Shown here one piece after another: positions 58,819-64,000 of a DNA stretch of 64,000 nucleotides. This DNA comes from Thermofilaceae archaeon. Lineage in GTDB: Archaea; Thermoproteota; Thermoprotei; Thermofilales; Thermofilaceae. A program made the position numbers and the translations under genes. Location: the NCBI GenBank assembly GCA_038727095.1, contig JAVYWK010000007.1, positions 10,058 to 74,057 on the forward strand, in the 5' to 3' direction. The notes under the pieces are model-generated. The model saw nothing but the letters and a program-made list of their open reading frames with translations. It made no database searches and was not told the DNA's origin. The first letter of the stretch is position 1; every line of letters starts with the position of its first letter.

Positions 58819-59754
58819 CTATATCGGAGAAGCGGCGACCCCGATTTCACGCGACAAAATGCTCGAGAAGCTCCTCGCGTGCGCAGAGAACGCGTAAACC
58901 GTTTGCGCCCCACTAGCCGTCACGTAGCGTATTAAGTCGCTGAAGCCGGCGTGGCTTGACAGCGGAATCCCGTACCCCACCGCCCAGCCTGTGCACTGAA
59001 CAGCGGCACTGCTAGCGCGATGCTTTGAAAGCGAAATCACCGCTACCGAACGCTCGGGCGGCATCGAGGGACATATAATGTAGTTGCCCAGATGCTCGCC
59101 GTACTTCTCGTACAACCTGTTGTGATCCCCGATGCTCTTCTCAACGAAGGGCTCAAGTTTTGCCGCTAGTGATAAAAGCGCGGTAAGCTCTTGCCCGGTT
59201 CCAAGAGGACGAGAGGCGAGATGCAGACCACCCCTCTTTTCCGTTGCCTCCTTGGCCAGCCTCAGAACCTGTCTGTAGATCTCGCTGCGCGGCGGAAATA
59301 CGTACTTTGGATGACCGTAGGTTGCGTCGATAACCAAGATGTCGGCCTTTAATATAGGTGCAGGTCGAAGAATGATCCTCTGCTCAATATTGAAATCTCC
59401 AGTGTAGACTACGCGCTCCTTCGCGTCGATCATCAGCTGCAAGCTCCCCAACACGTGCCCTGCGTCAAAGACCTCAAGCCTCGTGCCAGCGACTTCCACC
59501 GTGGAGCCTGGTTCAACTGGTATGACATTGTTAAGCCTACCACGAGGGTCAATCAGCTCCATCGTTGCCCTGCTCATCACCTTCGGAACTCTGCTCAAAA
59601 CTCGAAGAGGTCTTAGCCTGTAGTGATCACTATGGGCGTGCGATACGAAGATAACGTCGGGCTTCTCACGGGGTAAAGAAGTTGGGTCTACTAAGATCCT
59701 ACGAGCGTTAAACTCTATTACGATGCCGCCGTCCCTGTAGACGCTGACGCTCAT
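58819..59754 (-). CDS. metallo-beta-lactamase fold nuclease
   Basis: SHAHSDH, AGHVLGS, YTGDF, DATYG, LSSHAGF. Confidence 0.85.
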   Translation of the reverse strand: MSVSVYRDGGIVIEFNARRILVDPTSLPREKPDVIFVSHAHSDHYRLRPLRVLSRVPKVMSRATMELIDPRGRLNNVIPVEPGSTVEVAGTRLEVFDAGHVLGSLQLMIDAKERVVYTGDFNIEQRIILRPAPILKADILVIDATYGHPKYVFPPRSEIYRQVLRLAKEATEKRGGLHLASRPLGTGQELTALLSLAAKLEPFVEKSIGDHNRLYEKYGEHLGNYIICPSMPPERSVAVISLSKHRASSAAVQCTGWAVGYGIPLSSHAGFSDLIRYVTASGAQTVYAFSAHARSFSSILSREIGVAASPI

Positions 59755-60429
59755 TCAAGGCCTGCAGACGTATGTTCCAGCCCGCTCTTCAAGTTTTCCA
59801 GCCCGTATTAGCCGGCTGATGGCTAACCTGTAGTACGCTTCGCCCACGTCAATGCCGTACCACTCATTGAACTCCTTGACTAGCTCGTCGTACGTCCATG
59901 TGACCTTTCCCTCCTTCGCCCTCTCCGTCAGTATTTTCTCGAAGAAGTTCGTCGTATCCTCGGCCCTCGTCCAGGGGTATTGGTACCAGATCCACTCCCT
60001 GACGTCCTCCACGTAGAAATCGGGCTTGATCTTAGCCACGGGGGAGATCCACTGCATAGCCGCTACCTTCAGCTCTAGAGGCTTCCACCGGGATTGTATG
60101 AACTCCTGCGCCACGATAACGGAGTCTCCTGTATCGACTATGTCATCCACGAGCAGCACGCGCTTACCAGTTAGATCGATATCGTAGGGGTACTTGACGT
60201 GCGCAACAGCCGTGATCTCCGCAGCCTTCCCCCAATGAAGCACTTGTATGCTCACCAGGTCGTGAACGTCAAGAAAGTCGCAGAGGAGCCTCGCGGGGAC
60301 GTAGCCCCCCCTAGCGATGGACACCACCAAGTCAGGCTTGAAGCCAGAGCTCTCGACGATCTCGGCCAGACGCCTGCACCACTCAATAACCTCTTCCCAT
60401 TTTACCAACTTTGTGTTAACTTTAACCAT
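59755..60429 (-). CDS. purine phosphoribosyltransferase
   Basis: IARGG..PA, VLLVDDIVDTGDS, WYQYPW. Confidence 0.9.
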   Translation of the reverse strand: MVKVNTKLVKWEEVIEWCRRLAEIVESSGFKPDLVVSIARGGYVPARLLCDFLDVHDLVSIQVLHWGKAAEITAVAHVKYPYDIDLTGKRVLLVDDIVDTGDSVIVAQEFIQSRWKPLELKVAAMQWISPVAKIKPDFYVEDVREWIWYQYPWTRAEDTTNFFEKILTERAKEGKVTWTYDELVKEFNEWYGIDVGEAYYRLAISRLIRAGKLEERAGTYVCRP

Positions 60430-60472
60430 GTTCCCCCGGTATACTGGTTCAGGATGCATTAAAAAGGTTAAC

Positions 60473-60979
60473 ATGGTTATCTTCGAGGTGTCTTTGAGCG
60501 AGAAGGATGTTGAAGGCATTTACGTTAGGCTGCAACCGAGCGAGATGGCCAACCTCACAGTTGATGAGGAAGGCGCGTATCCAGAGTTCAAGTTGGAGGC
60601 CGGCACCACAATCCTGAAGCTGCGTAGGGTTCGCGTAGCGGGAAAGGTCGAAGTCGTTGAGGATAGAGGAAGGCTAGTAGAAGTCACCGTAAGCGATGGT
60701 AAAGGGTTTGCGAAGGTAAGAGCTTGGAACGAAGAAGCGAGAAAGCTCCTCGACCTAAAGCCCGGTGATTTAATTGAGGTTCTTGGAGTCTTGCGCGTAT
60801 TCCGAGGCGAGGTTTATATAGTTTTAAAACTTTTCAGAAAAATTGATGAAAAGCATCTATCTGAGTACTTAATTTTACTCAAACGAGATAGGCAGGTACT
60901 GACTTCGCAGGAAAAGCGCGCCAGTGCTAAAGAGTGTGAGTACCGTAGCGAAATGTTTGAAGGAGCACAAAAGCAATAG
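60473..60979 (+). CDS. OB-fold nucleic-acid-binding protein (RPA32-like); start may be 60488/60494
   Basis: RRVRVAGKV, VSDGKG..VRAW, GDLIEVLG.LR.FRGE. Confidence 0.75.
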   Translation: MVIFEVSLSEKDVEGIYVRLQPSEMANLTVDEEGAYPEFKLEAGTTILKLRRVRVAGKVEVVEDRGRLVEVTVSDGKGFAKVRAWNEEARKLLDLKPGDLIEVLGVLRVFRGEVYIVLKLFRKIDEKHLSEYLILLKRDRQVLTSQEKRASAKECEYRSEMFEGAQKQ

Positions 60980-61016
60980 CTAGATTCATATAGACCTTCA
61001 CGGCTGTTCTCCACCG

Positions 61017-61349
61017 ATGAGAGCGGAGCGCAGCAAAGCAGCGCAGGGCGGCGTGGATCTTACGGCCTTCTTCACACCGTCCTCTAGCGATGATCGGCAG
61101 AAGGCGAAAGCAGCACATCAAATCGAGGGAGTGAAGACCAGCGAGGATCTTGAGGCTGCCCTCAGAGGGTTCCTCAAAGAAAGAGGGGGGAGAGCAACGA
61201 AAACAGAACTGTATGAGTGGGCGAAGAGGAAAAACATCCCTCCAGCCCCCCTCTACAGCACGATCTCGAGGATGATCGCTGAAGGCAGGATGATCAAGCG
61301 GTTTGACGATGGCTCCAAAGAACTGGTTTACGAATTAAGCAGCAAGTAA
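61017..61349 (+). CDS. small winged-helix-like protein
   Basis: KTELYEWA..LYSTISRMIAEGRM..LVYEL. Confidence 0.6.
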   Translation: MRAERSKAAQGGVDLTAFFTPSSSDDRQKAKAAHQIEGVKTSEDLEAALRGFLKERGGRATKTELYEWAKRKNIPPAPLYSTISRMIAEGRMIKRFDDGSKELVYELSSK

Positions 61350-61388
61350 AGATAAGGATTTAATACAGGCAAGCGACGAGTTCTCGGA

Positions 61389-61436
61389 ATGAGGACTACC
61401 CCTTAGCTGACTTGTGAAGAGAAGGAGGTGAACTGA
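61389..61436 (+). ncRNA. candidate C/D-box sRNA
   Basis: C ATGAGGA, 11-nt guide, D' CTGA, C' GTGAAGA, 12-nt guide, D CTGA; CGG/CCG terminal stem; TTTAATA about 25 nt upstream. Confidence 0.7.
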
Positions 61437-61441
61437 CCCGG

Positions 61442-61741
61442 GTGAAGCATGTGGGAAGGAAACGAGGCAGGCCCGTTAAGAAGCCCTATCCGACTAACGG
61501 AGATATAATTGAAGCTCTTATGGCTGTTGCGTACGCGAAGCCTTACCTACACCCCGACGATTTCGTCGAAGAGGTCAAGAGAGAGCTCGAGAGTAGGGGC
61601 TTCTTCGCCGGGCTAGTAAGCGCACGAAGGGTGTGGGAGTGCTACGAAAGGATGGTCAAGAGTGGTAGAATGCCCGATCTCCTGAACGTAGTTTCAGCCG
61701 CTGATGAGGCTGTCGATGGTCCTGAAGAGCTCTCTAGCTAG
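61442..61741 (+). CDS. hypothetical protein
   Basis: 99-aa ORF with basic N-terminus and plausible helical fold. Confidence 0.65.
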   Translation: MKHVGRKRGRPVKKPYPTNGDIIEALMAVAYAKPYLHPDDFVEEVKRELESRGFFAGLVSARRVWECYERMVKSGRMPDLLNVVSAADEAVDGPEELSS

Positions 61742-62104
61742 GCCGGGGTAGTATCCCACCAGCCTTTTGACCTCCCTACCGTTGTTGAAGATTATCAGTG
61801 TGGGTATGCTCAGTACGCCGTGCTCAGCGGCTAGGTCGCTGTTCTCATCTACGTTCACTTTCGCTACGGCTATTCGGGACGCGTACTTCCTGGCAACCTC
61901 CTCCACGATGGGTTCAACCATTCTGCAAGGGCCGCACCACTCCGCCCAGAAATCGGCGAGCACCACCTTACACTTGCTGAGGAGCTCGGTGAAGTACTCT
62001 CTATTGCACTCTATAACCCCGTTGGGGCATACGCTTTCCTCCCTCCGCTGAGACTTTCTGACCATTTCCCGCAGCATCTTTTCGATTATTACGTCCTCAT
62101 CCAC
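61694..62104 (-). CDS. trxA: thioredoxin
   Basis: DFWAEWCGPC, SIPTL. Confidence 0.93.
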   Translation of the reverse strand: MDEDVIIEKMLREMVRKSQRREESVCPNGVIECNREYFTELLSKCKVVLADFWAEWCGPCRMVEPIVEEVARKYASRIAVAKVNVDENSDLAAEHGVLSIPTLIIFNNGREVKRLVGYYPGLARELFRTIDSLISG

Positions 62105-62188
62105 GGCTGCCCCAGCTGATGTAAGGTTAAAAACTTTCCATTGTCATTGCAGCGATGGACTGAAATTGGACCGGTGCATCATTATCAC

Positions 62189-62953
62189 GTGATTAAGGTA
62201 GGTACGTGTGGATGGTCGGTGAAGGGGGGGCGTGAAGCGTACTTCGCGCACTTCAGTGTAATCGAGCTGCAGGAGACCTTCTACAAGCTTCCGCTGGAGG
62301 CGACCGCGGAGAAGTGGAGGAGTAGAGCTCCACCGGGCTTCGAGTTCGTCGTAAAGGCCTGGCAGGCGATCACGCACCCGCCGTCCTCACCGACCTGGAA
62401 GCGGAGTGGTCTGAAAATCCCGAAAGAGCGAGTGGACAGGTATGGCTTCTTCCGCGTAACCGAGGAAACGCTCGATGCGTGGGCGAGGACTCTCCGGATC
62501 TGCAGGATTCTAGGCTGCAAAGTCTGCATCTTCCAGACGCCGCCCAGCTTCGGCTACTCTAGCGAGAATGCGGGGAACGTTGAAGCTTTCTTCACGACGA
62601 TAGATAGAGAGGGCCTACTGCTGGGCTGGGAACCAAGGGGGACGTGGAACGAGCACCCGGATGCTTTGAAGGCGCTTCTGGCCAGGCTGGACGTAACGCA
62701 CGTTGTAGACCCGTTGAAGCGGGATCCGGTGCACCTGGCCGGTTTCGCATACTTCAGATTGCACGGGCTCGGGAGTGGCGAGGTTAACTACCGCTACAAG
62801 TACAAGGACGAGGATCTGAGCAGGCTGGTCAGTATCGTTGAGCGCTACCCCGAGAGCTTGACTACCTATGTCCTCTTCAACAACGTCTTCATGTTCGATG
62901 ATGCAACGCGCTTCAGGGAGCTCGCTAGGGATCGCGGGCTCGCAGTCGTTTGA
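62189..62953 (+). CDS. DUF72 family protein
   Basis: VGTCGW, ELQETFY, FQTPPSF, WEPRG, YFRLHG, FNN. Confidence 0.9.
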   Translation: MIKVGTCGWSVKGGREAYFAHFSVIELQETFYKLPLEATAEKWRSRAPPGFEFVVKAWQAITHPPSSPTWKRSGLKIPKERVDRYGFFRVTEETLDAWARTLRICRILGCKVCIFQTPPSFGYSSENAGNVEAFFTTIDREGLLLGWEPRGTWNEHPDALKALLARLDVTHVVDPLKRDPVHLAGFAYFRLHGLGSGEVNYRYKYKDEDLSRLVSIVERYPESLTTYVLFNNVFMFDDATRFRELARDRGLAVV

Positions 62954-62959
62954 CAACCG

Positions 62960-63979
62960 CTACAGGTCGAGGCTGCTCCTGATGCTAATGCGGGAGTCCA
63001 GGTACTTTTTGAGCTGCGAGATCGTTTCCACGGGGGTTGGATCGACACCTCTTTTCAGAGCTAAGAGCACAGAAGCTAGATCCAGAGTGAAGAAGAGTGA
63101 GAGGAGTTTCTCGAGCCTGCTACCCCCTAAGGGCTTAACCTCCCTATAGGGTATGCCCCGCTTGCTCCATAGGTCGAGCAGGAACTCCATTCTATGGAGC
63201 ATGTGGGGCGGCTCTTCAGCTCTGATGACTACGGTGAAAAGGTTCGACGGGGACTCCCACCCCATGATCTCGTTGTGGTTTGACTCCGGTATCTCGGAGA
63301 AGAACGCGTGCAGCTTAGCATTCTCGTTGATTTGAGTCTTAAACCTGTAACCCGCGCTCAAGTAGGGTCTGTAGGCGTAGATTATCGGCAGTCGATTAGC
63401 GCCGTAGTTGTTGAGCATCCAGTCGGCCAGCTCCAACGCGTGGCGCTGCATGTCGCTGCCGCATTGAGCTAGGTTGAGGGAGGATCTCTTGATGCTATCC
63501 ACCAAGCGAAGTGAGGGATCCAGAGCGTCCAAGATAGCGGCTAACGCGGTCACCATATAGGGGAATGCGGCTCTCGGAGCTAGGCCTGATGGTAATCGAA
63601 CGAGCTGGTACGACAGTTTCTCCGCGAGCTCCGCCATCAACCCGCCGGATGTTACGGCGACTACCGGGATACCCCTCCGGCGGGCTTCTACGAGGACGCG
63701 TATCGTCTCCTCCGTGTTGCCGGAGTAGCTGACCGCCACCAGCAGGTGGCGCTTATCTGCGAACGCCGGGAGGGTGATCTCCCTCAGCGCTAGGATTGGG
63801 GTCCGCCAGGAATCGTAGAGCAGGTCTTGGAGGAAGAGCGCGCCGATGAACGAACCCCCCATTCCAGTAACGATTACCCCGTGGAGAGGGTCGGGGATTT
63901 CGCGCTCCAGCCTAGTGTCCTTGTACCTCTGCGCGGCATCCTCCAAGTCGGCGAAGTACGTGAGTACCCTCTTGAGCAT
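62960..63979 (-). CDS. bifunctional phosphoglucose/phosphomannose isomerase
   Basis: GMGGS, SYSGNTEET, TSGG, PRAA, RFKTQINENAK, PESNHNE. Confidence 0.93.
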   Translation of the reverse strand: MLKRVLTYFADLEDAAQRYKDTRLEREIPDPLHGVIVTGMGGSFIGALFLQDLLYDSWRTPILALREITLPAFADKRHLLVAVSYSGNTEETIRVLVEARRRGIPVVAVTSGGLMAELAEKLSYQLVRLPSGLAPRAAFPYMVTALAAILDALDPSLRLVDSIKRSSLNLAQCGSDMQRHALELADWMLNNYGANRLPIIYAYRPYLSAGYRFKTQINENAKLHAFFSEIPESNHNEIMGWESPSNLFTVVIRAEEPPHMLHRMEFLLDLWSKRGIPYREVKPLGGSRLEKLLSLFFTLDLASVLLALKRGVDPTPVETISQLKKYLDSRISIRSSLDL

Positions 63980-64000
63980 GCCGCCTCTATCCAGGTTGCT

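Overview
Core-genome window of a hyperthermophilic archaeon, most likely Thermoproteota/Thermofilaceae. This placement is inferred from multi-intron tRNAs with bulge-helix-bulge (BHB) motifs at non-canonical positions, an archaeal histone, a thermosome, FBP aldolase/phosphatase, PGI/PMI and PolB. Most of the window is information-processing genes: EF-2, EF-1a, aIF5A, aIF6, ribosomal proteins, tRNA modification/processing enzymes, pelota, prefoldin and KEOPS. It carries 8 tRNAs (11 introns), divergently transcribed SRP RNA and RNase P RNA, and two candidate C/D-box sRNAs. One sRNA matches C34 of the tRNA-Leu(CAA) in this window; the other is complementary to the 16S anti-Shine-Dalgarno. A probable replication origin (three ORB elements, about 22300-22515) has no cdc6 nearby but sits next to a small winged-helix gene. 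Main points of interest: (i) a 5-gene [NiFe]-hydrogenase/HydBC-like operon whose small subunit is fused to a degenerate [FeFe]-hydrogenase H-domain, with swapped domains; (ii) an ArsR-HTH fused to a degenerate class III ribonucleotide reductase; (iii) CdvA-like coiled-coil proteins and a membrane-anchored degenerate AAA ATPase. No CRISPR array, transposase or provirus was seen. All family calls come from motif recognition by eye; no database search was run.
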